Shown piece by piece: positions 1-9,829 of a stretch of DNA of 64,000 nucleotides. The stretch comes from Chthoniobacteraceae bacterium (GTDB lineage: Bacteria; Verrucomicrobiota; Verrucomicrobiia; Chthoniobacterales; Chthoniobacteraceae). Position 1 is the stretch's first letter. Every line of letters starts with the position of its first letter. The stretch spans positions 23,616 through 87,615 of the forward strand of contig JANNXQ010000239.1 of NCBI GenBank assembly GCA_031409655.1. The letters are read 5' to 3'. The notes beneath the pieces are model-generated. The model saw only the letters and a program-made list of their open reading frames with translations, searched no databases and had not been told where the DNA came from. A program made the position numbers and the translations under genes.

Positions 1-884
1 CGAAAAATTCCGGGGTGACGAAATACGAAAAGGAAGACTTCAAGGGCGCGCTGGAGACCTTCACGAAACAGCTCAGCCGGAAGCCGGACTCGGAGGCCTT
101 GCACTTTAATCTGGGGGCCGCGGCCTACAAAGCGGGGGAGCTGGATCGCGCGTTGGATTCATTTGCCAAAGCCGTGACGACGTCTGACCCACAGCTCCGC
201 GCCAAGGCCGAGTACAATATCGGCAACACTCTCTTCCAGCGCGGCACGGGACAAAAGGAAACGGACGCGAAACTGCAGGAGTGGCGCGGGGCGCTTCAGC
301 ATTACGAAGAGGCGTTAAAAGTGGAGCCGACGGATGGCAATGCGGAGCACAATCGAGATCTCGTGAAGAGGATGATCGAGGATCTCGAGAAGCAGCAGCA
401 GCAGCAGCAGTCCAAAGATCAGCAGAAAAAGGATCAGGAGAAAAAGAAGGGCGACGAAAAGAAGGATGGGGAGAAGTCCGAAGGTGACGAGCCACAGGAG
501 GGTGAGGGGAGTGAATCGAAGGACGGCAAGTCGAAGGATGGTCAGAAGAAGGAGAAGGGCGACGGCGAGAAGAAGGAGAAGGACGAGGCGGGCAAGGATG
601 GGGAGAAAAAGAAGGACAAGGACGGTGACAAAAAAGGCGAGCCAACGCCCGAGGAGGCGGCCAAGAAGAAGGAGGGCGAGATGAAGGCTGCGCCGCAGTA
701 CGAGCAGGGGGAGGGTGATCCGGAGAAGCAGGAAGCGGAAGATGCCGCCGCCGCCGCGATGGGGAAGATGACGGAACAGCAGGCCGTGGCCTTGCTCGAA
801 TCACTGAAGGCCGAGGACGACCGGGTGCAACTCCGTGAGCGCACCGATCGGCCGGCGCCGGGTCGAACTTTTCGTGATTGGTGA
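1..884 (+). CDS. TPR-repeat protein with Gln/Lys/Glu-rich tail (BatB/BatC-like), 5' end outside window
   Basis: TPR-like motifs (LHFNLGAAAYK, AEYNIGNTLF), NAEHNRDLV, low-complexity linker and C-terminal ...RDW typical of BatC-like proteins; TGA overlaps the ATG of a BatD gene. Confidence 0.8.
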   Translation, partial: KNSGVTKYEKEDFKGALETFTKQLSRKPDSEALHFNLGAAAYKAGELDRALDSFAKAVTTSDPQLRAKAEYNIGNTLFQRGTGQKETDAKLQEWRGALQHYEEALKVEPTDGNAEHNRDLVKRMIEDLEKQQQQQQSKDQQKKDQEKKKGDEKKDGEKSEGDEPQEGEGSESKDGKSKDGQKKEKGDGEKKEKDEAGKDGEKKKDKDGDKKGEPTPEEAAKKKEGEMKAAPQYEQGEGDPEKQEAEDAAAAAMGKMTEQQAVALLESLKAEDDRVQLRERTDRPAPGRTFRDW

Positions 885-2701
885 TGGACGTGCGAAGTCA
901 GATTTCCGGGGAGGGCCGCGCGCGCTTGCTCGTTTACCTGCTTTTCCTCGCCAGTTTCCTGGCAGGCGCGCAGGGCCAGATCAGCGTGAGCACCGCGCTC
1001 ACACGTTCCTCGGCAAGCGTCGGCGAACCGATCCAGCTTCAGCTTCAGATCAATGGTGGGCTGCAATTGACGCAGCCGCCAAACATCGCCGTGGATGGTC
1101 TGGACATCCGCTATCTCGGCCCCTTCACCTTGCAACAGGACATCAACGGCGTGCGCACCGTGACCGTGACGCACACCTATCAGGTGATCGCGCAACGCCC
1201 GGGTGTCTTCACCATCCCGGCGATCGAGGTGGAGGCGGGAGGGCAGCGCTTTCGCGCTGCGCCGCTGACCCTGAAAGTGGAGCCGGGGAATCCCGCCCAG
1301 CCCGCCGGTGAGCAGCCGCTCGACAAGATTGCTTTCGCGGAAATCTTCCTCCCGAAGACCACGGCCTACGTCGGTCAAGCGCTGCAAGCGGAGATCCGGC
1401 TCTACATCGACGCGCGGGTGAATGCCCAACTCGAGCAGATGCCGCTCCTGCCTGGCGATGGCTTTACCAAGACCAAGCTCACGGAGCCACGAACCGAAGC
1501 CGTGCAACGCGACGGGCGGGAGTATAAAGTGGTGATTTTCCGCACGGCAATCACGCCGAGCAAGGCGGGCAAGATCGGCATTGGGCCGAGTGATTTTAGT
1601 TTCATCGCGCAGGTGCCGAGAGCCCAACGGAGGCGGGCTCAGACGGGCATGGATTTGTTCGACGATTTTTTCAACAACGGCGGCTTCGGCGTCCAGCAGC
1701 AGCGGATGACGGCACAGGCCCCGGCGGTCGAACTCGAAGTGAAGCCGCTCCCGGCGAAGGGACGGCCCGCGGACTTTTCCGGCGCGGTCGGCGAGTTTAG
1801 CTTCGAGGCCAATGGCTCGCCGGCGCTGGTGAAAGTGGGCGATCCGGTGACGATGCGGTTGCGGATCACAGGTGAGGGAAATTTTGACCGAGTCTCCGCG
1901 CCGGTGATGGTGGATACGGAAGGTTGGCGCGCCTATCCGGCTTCGCCCGGCGCGTTTCAGACCGGCGACGATTGGGGGACGAGGGGGATGAAGACTTTCG
2001 AAATGCCGGTGATCCCGGAAAAGCCGCAGACCGCGATGCCGAAGTTTCACTTCTCCTACTTTGATCCGAAGGCGGAGAAGTACGTGACCCTGCAGAGCGA
2101 CACCGTGCCGCTCGTGGTCGAGGGCGGGCCACCGCCGCCGCCGCCAAAGGTTACAACCGCGGATGTCGCTCCGGCACCGGAGGAGAACGCTCTGCCGTCG
2201 CAGCCCACAGATATTTTCGGCCTGCACTACGAATTTGGAAAAGTGCGGCAGACCTTCGAGCCGCTCTGCCTGCGCCGCGAATTTCTGCTCGCGCAGTTCG
2301 TCCCGGCGGCACTGCTGCTGATCGTCATCGGACGAAGGCTGTTTCGGCGGAGCGATGAGGAACGTCGTGTCGCGGACCTGCGGCAGGAGAAAGGTGAACT
2401 CCTCCGCAAGCTGCGCACGGAATCGGCACACGCGGAATTTTTCGATATGGCTGCGCGGGTCATTCAACTCGAAACGGCGCTGCGCACTGGGCGCAGGCCG
2501 GGCAGCGTGGATGCGGCCACGGCGTGCGACTCCCGACGGCTCGCTGCGGAAACGGCGGACGCGGTGGCGGATATTTTCAACGCGCGGGCCGAACTGCTCT
2601 ACGCCGGCGGCGGTGGCGGTGACGGCGGCATCTCTCCGGCGGCGCGCGATCTGGCGCTGGCCACGATCAAAAACTTTTCCTCGGCGAATGGAAGCACGTA
2701 G
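884..2701 (+). CDS. batD: BatD family protein (oxygen tolerance, Ig-like repeats, C-terminal TM)
   Basis: Signal peptide; GVFTIPAIEV, LEVKPLP...FSGAVGEF, VGDPVT and FSYFDP motifs; TGATG coupling at 882-886. Confidence 0.85.
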   Translation: MDVRSQISGEGRARLLVYLLFLASFLAGAQGQISVSTALTRSSASVGEPIQLQLQINGGLQLTQPPNIAVDGLDIRYLGPFTLQQDINGVRTVTVTHTYQVIAQRPGVFTIPAIEVEAGGQRFRAAPLTLKVEPGNPAQPAGEQPLDKIAFAEIFLPKTTAYVGQALQAEIRLYIDARVNAQLEQMPLLPGDGFTKTKLTEPRTEAVQRDGREYKVVIFRTAITPSKAGKIGIGPSDFSFIAQVPRAQRRRAQTGMDLFDDFFNNGGFGVQQQRMTAQAPAVELEVKPLPAKGRPADFSGAVGEFSFEANGSPALVKVGDPVTMRLRITGEGNFDRVSAPVMVDTEGWRAYPASPGAFQTGDDWGTRGMKTFEMPVIPEKPQTAMPKFHFSYFDPKAEKYVTLQSDTVPLVVEGGPPPPPPKVTTADVAPAPEENALPSQPTDIFGLHYEFGKVRQTFEPLCLRREFLLAQFVPAALLLIVIGRRLFRRSDEERRVADLRQEKGELLRKLRTESAHAEFFDMAARVIQLETALRTGRRPGSVDAATACDSRRLAAETADAVADIFNARAELLYAGGGGGDGGISPAARDLALATIKNFSSANGST

Positions 2702-3449
2702 CCCCGAGCCCGCAGTCCGAGGCCGCACTTTGCGCCTGGCGATGATGCTCCTGCTGCTCTGCGTCCGCGCGCAGGCGGGTGATTTTGAAAAGGCGAATGA
2801 CTTGTATGACGGTGGCCAATTTGCCGACGCGAAGAAGCTCTACGAGAAGCTCAGCGAAGCTGGCGAGCGCAGTGCGAATCTCTTCCACAATCTGGGCAAC
2901 GCGGAGTATCGCATTGGCTCTCCTGGACGCGCGGCCCTTGGCTACGAGCGAGCGCTGGCGCTGGCGCCGCGTCATGCGGAGGCAAGGGCAAATCTGGCGT
3001 TTGTGCGCGAGCAGACGCGGGCGAGCGGGCTCGATGTCATGCTCGCCGATCGGGCGCTCCGCTGGCTTTCGGCGGATGCGTGGACGGTGATCGGGGCGGT
3101 GGCAGCGTGGGCAGTGCTGATCAGTCTCGCCGCGATCTTCACCACGGCGCGGGCGGCTCGCGGCAGCCTTTGGATTGCGACCATTGCCGGGGTGTTGATC
3201 GCCGCGTGCGCGATTTTCGGGGTGCGACTGCATCAGCGCGACCGCGCGCTGGCGATCGTCACGGCCAAGGAGATCGAGGCGCACCTCGCCCCAGCGAAGA
3301 GCGCGGCCCTGGCCGGGGTGCTGCCCGCGGGGAGCCGCGTGCGGGTGCTGAGCGAGCGCGGGCCGTGGATTTTCTGCGAGCTGCCGGGTGAACGTCGGGG
3401 CTGGGTCGAGGCCGGCACCATCGAGCGGATCGACCCTTCGCGCTCGTGA
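2688..3449 (+). CDS. BatE-like TPR + TM + SH3-like protein
   Basis: FEKANDLY, LFHNLGNAEYR, YERALALAP...ARANL TPRs, two TM helices, C-terminal G..V.V...W.....GWV SH3b-like; start set at in-frame ATG 2688 overlapping batD. Confidence 0.8.
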   Translation: MEARSPEPAVRGRTLRLAMMLLLLCVRAQAGDFEKANDLYDGGQFADAKKLYEKLSEAGERSANLFHNLGNAEYRIGSPGRAALGYERALALAPRHAEARANLAFVREQTRASGLDVMLADRALRWLSADAWTVIGAVAAWAVLISLAAIFTTARAARGSLWIATIAGVLIAACAIFGVRLHQRDRALAIVTAKEIEAHLAPAKSAALAGVLPAGSRVRVLSERGPWIFCELPGERRGWVEAGTIERIDPSRS

Positions 3450-4237
3450 AAGTCTGGCTCGCTGTCGCCCTGCTTGCCGTCGCCAGGCCGGCGTTTGCGG
3501 GTGACTGGCGCGAGTCCCTCACGCCTTCCAAGCCAGGGAAATTTGCGCCGCTGCCGCCGCTCAAGGCCACCTATCGGTTTGGCTGGGGAGCGCTCTCAGC
3601 AGCCCGCGCACAGTTTGATTTTTCCAAGCTGCCGCGGGGCGAACTCCGGCTGACCGTCTCCACGGCTACGAGCGGGGCGGTGCGCGCGCTCTGGCGGATG
3701 GACGCCCGGCACGAAGCCATCTGCAGGCAGGCGGCGCTGCGGCCAGTGAGTCTCGTGCAGACGGAGACTTACAGTGATGAAAGTCTCCGGACGCGGGTGA
3801 CTTTCGATGCCGAAGGAGTGTCCCGCCTGCGCGAATCCGTGCCCGCGAATGGCAAGCCGGCGAGGACGAAGCGCTTTGAGTGCCCGAATGTTTTCGATCT
3901 CCAGACCGGGCTCCTCTTTGTGCGCAGCCAGCCGCTCCGGACCGGGGACATCTACCGCTTCGTCGTCTATCCCGCGGTCGGGGCCTACCTCGCGCGGGTG
4001 AGTGTGGTCGGCTCGGAGAAAATGCAGGCGGCCGGCCGCTCTTACGAGGCGGTGAAGCTCGAGATCCAGCTTCAGGCCGTGGAAAAAAATCTCCGGCTCG
4101 CCGCGCACAAGAAATTCAAACGCGCCACCGCCTGGCTCTCGGATGATCGCGATCGGCTGCTCCTGAAGATCGCGGCCGATGTCGCTGTCGGCAGCGTCTG
4201 GGCGGAGTTGGAGAAGGTGGAGATCGCCGCGCGTTGA
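3446..4237 (+). CDS. Secreted DUF3108-like protein
   Basis: Signal peptide, Y.F.WG...A.A motif, AWLSDD.DRL.LKI C-terminal motif; GTGA overlap with upstream gene. Confidence 0.65.
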   Translation: MKVWLAVALLAVARPAFAGDWRESLTPSKPGKFAPLPPLKATYRFGWGALSAARAQFDFSKLPRGELRLTVSTATSGAVRALWRMDARHEAICRQAALRPVSLVQTETYSDESLRTRVTFDAEGVSRLRESVPANGKPARTKRFECPNVFDLQTGLLFVRSQPLRTGDIYRFVVYPAVGAYLARVSVVGSEKMQAAGRSYEAVKLEIQLQAVEKNLRLAAHKKFKRATAWLSDDRDRLLLKIAADVAVGSVWAELEKVEIAAR

Positions 4238-4300
4238 GGCGGGATGTTTCCGCTTGTGGCGAATGTTCGCGGTCCTAAACTCCCGCGTTTTTCGCACTCC

Positions 4301-5071
4301 ATGTCCGCATCCTGCAAACGCATCGTCCTGAAATTCGGCTCCGGCATCCTGGCGAATACCCGCGGAAACACGCTCGATGAACGGCAGTTCACGCGCATCG
4401 CCGCGGATATCGCCGCGCTGGTGAAAGCGGGTCATCAGTGTGTGCTCGTCTCGAGTGGCGCGGTGGCGGCGGGCCTCGGCGCGCTCGGTTTGAAAGAGCG
4501 GCCGGAGGCGCTCGCGGTGCGGCAGGCGTGTGCGGCGGTGGGGCAGTCCCAGCTCATGCAGATGTATGGGGAGAAATTTGCCGCGCATCGCCTGAACGTC
4601 GCGCAGCTTTTGCTCACGCACGGGGACCTCGATAGCCGCACGCGTTCGGCCAATGTCCGCAACACTCTGGACCGGATCTTTGAGCGGAAGTCGGTGGTGC
4701 CGATCATCAATGAGAACGACACGGTGGCAGTCGAGGAGTTGCGCTTCGGGGACAATGACCGGCTCTCCGCGGAAGTCGCGGTGCTGGTGCAGGCGCAGAT
4801 GCTCATCCTGCTGACGAGCGTCGATGGCCTCCTCGATGAACGCGGGCGCACCGTGCCCGTGGTCGAAGACATCGACGACGTGGCGAAGTTGGCGCGGCAG
4901 GAAAAGGGACGCTTCTCCGTCGGCGGGATGGTCTCGAAACTGCAGGCGGTGCGGCTCGCGGTCGAGGCCGGCATCCCCACGTACGTGGCGAGCGGACGGA
5001 AAGCCGGGCAGATCGCGGCGATCGTCGCGGGGCGCCGGGCTGGCACGCGGTTTGTGGCGGCAGGTGAGTGA
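4301..5071 (+). CDS. proB: Glutamate 5-kinase (no PUA domain)
   Basis: VLKFGS, VSSGAVAAG, AAVGQ, PIINENDTV, FGDNDRLSA, GGMVSKL motifs. Confidence 0.95.
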   Translation: MSASCKRIVLKFGSGILANTRGNTLDERQFTRIAADIAALVKAGHQCVLVSSGAVAAGLGALGLKERPEALAVRQACAAVGQSQLMQMYGEKFAAHRLNVAQLLLTHGDLDSRTRSANVRNTLDRIFERKSVVPIINENDTVAVEELRFGDNDRLSAEVAVLVQAQMLILLTSVDGLLDERGRTVPVVEDIDDVAKLARQEKGRFSVGGMVSKLQAVRLAVEAGIPTYVASGRKAGQIAAIVAGRRAGTRFVAAGE

Positions 5072-5072
5072 G

Positions 5073-5180
5073 CCTGGGAGCGCCGCCGTCCCGAGCGGCA
5101 TCCTTTCAATCGCGCAGCGCCAATTCGTGCGCGCTACGCGCGAATGGCACGATGCCGCACGGGACGGCGGCGCTCCCGGG
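5073..5180. repeat. REPIN-like inverted repeat element, family A copy 1
   Basis: Arms CCTGGGAGCGCCGCCGTCCCGAGCGGCATC / GATGCCGCACGGGACGGCGGCGCTCCCGGG; same arms at 27410 and 42646. Confidence 0.9.
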
Positions 5181-5218
5181 GATGACTTTCCGCGCATTCC
5201 GTGTATCTCGTGGACTTC

Positions 5219-6496
5219 ATGACCACGCTCACTGAACAGATCCACGATTTCGGCCAGCGCGCCCGCGCCGCGGCGCGCGTGCTCGCCCGGACCAGCGCGG
5301 AGCAGAAAAATCGCGGCCTGCTCGCGATGGCGGACGAACTCGGGAGTGACGCGCCGGCCATCCTGGCGGCCAATGCGCAGGATCTGGCGAAAGCCAAGGC
5401 CGGCGGGCTTTCCGCAGCGATGCTCGATCGACTGGCGCTGGACGAAAAGCGCCTCGCGAAAATGGCGGATGGCATCCGCGAGGTCGCCGCCTTGGGCGAT
5501 CCGGTGGGGGAGATCATCCGCGATTGGACCCGCCCCAATGGCCTGCGCATCCAGAAGGTGCGCGTGCCGATCGGCGTGGTCGGGATCATCTACGAATCGC
5601 GGCCGAATGTGACGAGCGACGCCGCCGTGCTCTGCACGAAGACGGGCAATGCCACGATCCTCCGCGGCGGTTCGGAGTCGATTCACTCGAATGTCGCGAT
5701 CGCCGCCGCACTCAGTCGGGGCGGGGCGCGCGCGGGGTTGCCGGCGGACAGCGTGCTCCTCATCCCGAGCACGGATCGCGAAGCGGTGAAAATTCTCTGC
5801 GGCATGGATCGCTGGCTCGACGTGATCGTGCCGCGCGGCGGCAAAGGTTTGATCGAAGCCGTGGTCAGTCACGCCCGGATGCCGGTGATCAAACACTACG
5901 ACGGCATCTGCATCGTCTATGTGGACCAGGAGGCCGACCTAGCGATGGCCGAGGCCATCGTGCTCAATGCCAAGTGCCAGCGCCCCGGCGTCTGCAATGC
6001 CATCGAAACCGTGCTCGTGCATCATGCTGTGGCGAAAGAGTTCTTCGCCAGCACGGGCCGCGCGCTTCTCGAAAAGGGGGTTCAGCTCCGCTGCGATGAG
6101 GCCGCGCTGCCGCTGGCCTCCGCACTTCCAGCGGGGGACCAGGTCGTCCTGGCCACGCCGGAAGATTTTCGCACCGAGTTCCTCGACCTGATCCTCGCGG
6201 TGAAGATCGTCGCTTCGCTCGACGAGGCGATCGCGCACATCGAGGAGCATGGCTCGCATCACAGTGACGGCATCGTCACGCGGGATGCTGGCCACGGCGA
6301 ACGGTTCCTGGCCGAGGTCGATAGCGCCACGGTCTATTGGAATGCCAGCACCCGCTTTACCGACGGAGGGGAATTTGGCTTCGGGGCGGAGATCGGGATC
6401 TCGACTGATAAGCTGCACGCCCGTGGACCGATGGGGCTGGAAGAACTCACGACCTATAAGTACGTGCTGCGGGGCGACGGCCAGGTGCGCAGCTAG
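5219..6496 (+). CDS. proA: Gamma-glutamyl phosphate reductase
   Basis: IYESRPNVT, ILRGGSE, CNAIET, NASTRFTDGGEFGFGAEIGIST.KLHARGPMGL signature. Confidence 0.97.
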   Translation: MTTLTEQIHDFGQRARAAARVLARTSAEQKNRGLLAMADELGSDAPAILAANAQDLAKAKAGGLSAAMLDRLALDEKRLAKMADGIREVAALGDPVGEIIRDWTRPNGLRIQKVRVPIGVVGIIYESRPNVTSDAAVLCTKTGNATILRGGSESIHSNVAIAAALSRGGARAGLPADSVLLIPSTDREAVKILCGMDRWLDVIVPRGGKGLIEAVVSHARMPVIKHYDGICIVYVDQEADLAMAEAIVLNAKCQRPGVCNAIETVLVHHAVAKEFFASTGRALLEKGVQLRCDEAALPLASALPAGDQVVLATPEDFRTEFLDLILAVKIVASLDEAIAHIEEHGSHHSDGIVTRDAGHGERFLAEVDSATVYWNASTRFTDGGEFGFGAEIGISTDKLHARGPMGLEELTTYKYVLRGDGQVRS

Positions 6497-6566
6497 GTCC
6501 GGAGGGGACTTCGCGGGGAGGGCTGGCCCGGAATTGGCTTCCCGAGAGGAGAAGCCTGCCTGCCCT

Positions 6567-8630
6567 GTGAATCTTCCTCCACCAACGGACGCCCCTGACT
6601 GTCCCAAACTCAGGGTAACGCCTCCGGACGCGCGTCTGGGGGCGGAACTTGCGGCGATCGCCAGCGTGCCGGTGGCTTCCGCGGAGGAACGCCGTCTTTT
6701 CCGTGCGCTCATCGATGCGATTCCTGACCCCATTTTCGTCAAGGACTGCGCGGGTCGCTACGTGCTGATCAATACGGCCGATCAGCGGATGTTCCATGCG
6801 GCGGATGGCGAGGTCGTCGGCAAGACCGTTTTCGATTTTCCAGGGCTCCAGGAAAATGCCGTGCAGTATTTTGCGGATGACATGGCGGTCTTGAAGACGG
6901 GCAAGGCGGTGGTGGATCGCGAGGAGCCGATCACTTTCTCCGACGGACGAAAAGGCTGGCTGCTGACGAGCAAGTATCCGATGCGCGGTGCCGATGGGCA
7001 GATCATCGGACTCGTGGGATATGCGCGCGACATCACCGCAGCAAGACTGACCAGCAGCGAACTTGCGGAGACTCGCCGCCGGCTCGCCGATCACGTCGAA
7101 AATTCCGCCCTCGCGATCGTGGAGTGGGGCCCGGACATGCGCGTGCATCGCTGGGCAGGGCAGGCCGAGGCGATCTTTGAGTGGAAGTCCAGTGAGGTGG
7201 TGGGATTGCACTTCAATGAGTTTCAACTCGTGCATCTGGAGGATAGCGCGCGGGTCGGGGAGGTGGCGCTGCGGCTCATCGAAGGTCGCGAGCACCGGAA
7301 CGTTTCGCACAATCGGAATCTGACCAAGACGGGCCGGACCATTCACTGCACCTGGCAAAACTCCGTGCTGCACGACTCCGATGGGGGCGTCGTGTCGGTC
7401 CTTTCGCTGGTGCAGGATGTGACGGAACGCGTGCTGGCCGAAGGAGCCAGCCGGCGCGCTGAGGAGGAACGGCAGGCGCTCGGGAGGAAGCTGCAGGAGT
7501 CCCAAAAACTCGAAAGCCTCGGCGTGCTCGCGGGCGGCATTGCGCACGATTTTAATAATCTCCTGACCGGTGTTCTCGGCAATGCCAGCCTCGCCCGGAT
7601 GACGCTGCCGCTGGATTGCTCGGTCGCACCCTACCTTGACGAAATCGAGATGGCGGCGACCCGTGCGGCGGAACTCTGCAAGCAGATGCTCGCCTATTCG
7701 GGCAAGGGGCGCTTCGTCGTCCTGCGAGTCGATGTGAATGCGCTCATCGAGGAAACGGCGAAGTTGCTGGCGGCTTCGATCAGCAAGAAGGCGGTGCTGC
7801 AATTTGAGCTTACGCCAGGGCTTCCAATGGTCGTCGCGGATGCCACTCAGATCCGTCAGGTCGTGATGAATTTGGTGATCAACGCGTCCGAAGCGATCGG
7901 CGATCGGAGCGGTTTCATCACGCTCCGGAGCGGCCTCGTGCGCGCGGATCGGGCCTATCTGGAGAGCACGCTGTTGGCGCCCGATATTGCGCCTGGGGAT
8001 TATCTTTTTCTGGAAGTCACGGACACCGGACATGGGATGTCGCGGGAGGTGCAGGGAAAGATCTTCGAGCCGTTTTTCACGACGAAGTTCACCGGCCGCG
8101 GCCTCGGTTTGGCGGCGGTGCTCGGCATCGTGCGCGGTCACAAGGGCGCACTCAAAGTCTTCAGTGAAGAAGGGTGGGGGACGACTTTCAAGGTGCTCCT
8201 GCCCTTCACCGATGGACTGGCGGAGGTCACCCCCGTGTCCGCTGATCCGCTGCCAGATTGGCGCGGCGCGGGGACGGTGCTCGTGGTCGATGACGAGGAG
8301 ACGGTGCGCTTGAGTACGGCGCGAATGCTTGAGTACTCAGGATTCCAGACGGTGCTCGCGGAGAATGGGCGCGTCGGCGTGGAGATATTCCGCAAACAGC
8401 AAGACGACATCTCGCTGGTACTCCTCGATCTCACGATGCCGCAGATGGATGGCGCCGAAGCCTTTCGCGAGATCACCGCCTTGAATCCGGAAACGCGAGT
8501 GCTGCTGATGAGCGGCTACAATGAGCAGGATGCCATCGCGCGCTTCACGGGGAAAGGTCTTGCGGGATTTATCCAGAAGCCTTTCACGCTGCCGGCGTTG
8601 CGGGAGCGCCTGCAGGGGATCCTGAGCTGA
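6567..8630 (+). CDS. PAS-PAS hybrid sensor histidine kinase/receiver (CckA-like)
   Basis: Two PAS domains, QKLESLGVLAGGIAHDFNNLL H-box, FEPFFTTK..GRGLGL, C-terminal REC (LVVDDE, LLDLTMP, KP); start GTG uncertain. Confidence 0.92.
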   Translation: MNLPPPTDAPDCPKLRVTPPDARLGAELAAIASVPVASAEERRLFRALIDAIPDPIFVKDCAGRYVLINTADQRMFHAADGEVVGKTVFDFPGLQENAVQYFADDMAVLKTGKAVVDREEPITFSDGRKGWLLTSKYPMRGADGQIIGLVGYARDITAARLTSSELAETRRRLADHVENSALAIVEWGPDMRVHRWAGQAEAIFEWKSSEVVGLHFNEFQLVHLEDSARVGEVALRLIEGREHRNVSHNRNLTKTGRTIHCTWQNSVLHDSDGGVVSVLSLVQDVTERVLAEGASRRAEEERQALGRKLQESQKLESLGVLAGGIAHDFNNLLTGVLGNASLARMTLPLDCSVAPYLDEIEMAATRAAELCKQMLAYSGKGRFVVLRVDVNALIEETAKLLAASISKKAVLQFELTPGLPMVVADATQIRQVVMNLVINASEAIGDRSGFITLRSGLVRADRAYLESTLLAPDIAPGDYLFLEVTDTGHGMSREVQGKIFEPFFTTKFTGRGLGLAAVLGIVRGHKGALKVFSEEGWGTTFKVLLPFTDGLAEVTPVSADPLPDWRGAGTVLVVDDEETVRLSTARMLEYSGFQTVLAENGRVGVEIFRKQQDDISLVLLDLTMPQMDGAEAFREITALNPETRVLLMSGYNEQDAIARFTGKGLAGFIQKPFTLPALRERLQGILS

Positions 8631-8712
8631 CCGCAGACGCGCAGCGGGGCGGCGGCGATCCTCCACCTCTGCGCTTGAGCCGCGGCCGCTTCCCCGCCAG
8701 ATTCCGCGGGCC

Positions 8713-9822
8713 ATGCGAAAACTCCTCCCTCTAGCCATTTTCCTCTCCATCAGCAGCGCCGCGCTCGCCGCCGATGCCACCTTCTACCTCGGCACTTATA
8801 CCCGGGCCGGGATGAGCAAGGGAATCTACGTCGGCAAGCTGAACACCGACACCGGCAAGCTTGGGCTTGTGGAACTCGCGGGTGAGGCCACCAACCCGAG
8901 CTTCGTGGCGCTTTCTCCGAATGGGAAAAATCTCTACGCCGTCGCAGAAGCAGGCGGTGGGGGAGTCGCGGCCTTCGCGGTGGGGGCCGATGGGAAATTG
9001 GTGAAGCTCAACGAGCAACCGACGGGCGGCGCGGGGACCTGCCATGTGTGGGTGGACGCGACGGGGCGGAATGTCTTCGCCGCAAACTACTCGGGCGGCA
9101 GCATCGCGGCCTTTCAGGTGAAGGCGGACGGTTCGCTCGGAGAGCGCACGGCCTTCGTGCAGTTCGAAGGCTCGGGCCCCGATCCGCGGCGGCAAAAGAA
9201 ATCCTACGGCCATTCCATTTACACCGATGCGGCGAACAAGTTCGTCTATAGCTGCGACCTCGGGAGCGACAGCGTGTGGATCTTCGCGCTCGATGCCCCC
9301 AAAGGCACGCTCACGCCCGCGAATCCGCCTTCGGGAAAAGTGCCGCCCGGTGGCGGGCCGCGGCATTTCGCCATTCATCCGAACGGCAAATTCGCCTACA
9401 CGAACAATGAGATGGGCATGAGTGTCACGACCTTTGCCCGCGACGGCGGGACTGGCGCACTCACGGCGCTCGAGACGGTCTCGACATTACCTGAGGGCAC
9501 GGCAACCGCAGGATTGTCCACGGCGGAAATTTTCTGCCATCCGAATGGCCGGTGGCTCTACGTCTCGAATCGCACCCATGACACGATCGCCGTCTTTTCG
9601 ATCGCCGCGGATGGGAAGCTGAAGTGGCTCGAAGCGGCTCCCGCGATGGTGAAGGTGCCGCGGGGGTTTGCGATCGATCCGACGGGGAAGTGGATCATTG
9701 CCGGAGGCCAGAATGACAACCGCATCGCGGTGCTGAAGATCGATCAGACGACCGGCCGGCTCTCGGCCACCGATCAAAGCGCCGAAGTGGGCGCGCCGGT
9801 CTGCGTGCTCTTCCAGCCTTAG
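8713..9822 (+). CDS. Secreted lactonase, 7-bladed propeller (Pgl/YbhE family)
   Basis: Signal peptide, YLGTYT, NPSF, ANYSGG, DLGSD, GGGPRHF, YVSNR, PRGFAIDP. Confidence 0.9.
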   Translation: MRKLLPLAIFLSISSAALAADATFYLGTYTRAGMSKGIYVGKLNTDTGKLGLVELAGEATNPSFVALSPNGKNLYAVAEAGGGGVAAFAVGADGKLVKLNEQPTGGAGTCHVWVDATGRNVFAANYSGGSIAAFQVKADGSLGERTAFVQFEGSGPDPRRQKKSYGHSIYTDAANKFVYSCDLGSDSVWIFALDAPKGTLTPANPPSGKVPPGGGPRHFAIHPNGKFAYTNNEMGMSVTTFARDGGTGALTALETVSTLPEGTATAGLSTAEIFCHPNGRWLYVSNRTHDTIAVFSIAADGKLKWLEAAPAMVKVPRGFAIDPTGKWIIAGGQNDNRIAVLKIDQTTGRLSATDQSAEVGAPVCVLFQP

Positions 9823-9829
9823 CCGGACG

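Noticed and set aside
393..410. (CAG)6 poly-Gln tract and purine-rich low-complexity region
   Set aside because: In-frame and typical of BatC-like linkers; not a phase-variable tract
542..2728. Long antisense ORFs (e.g. 542-2728, 3596-5896, 24444-26903, 30091-32958, 56124-58118, 61574-63295)
   Set aside because: Shadow frames of well-supported genes in high-GC DNA; Arg/Ala/Pro-rich with no recognisable motifs
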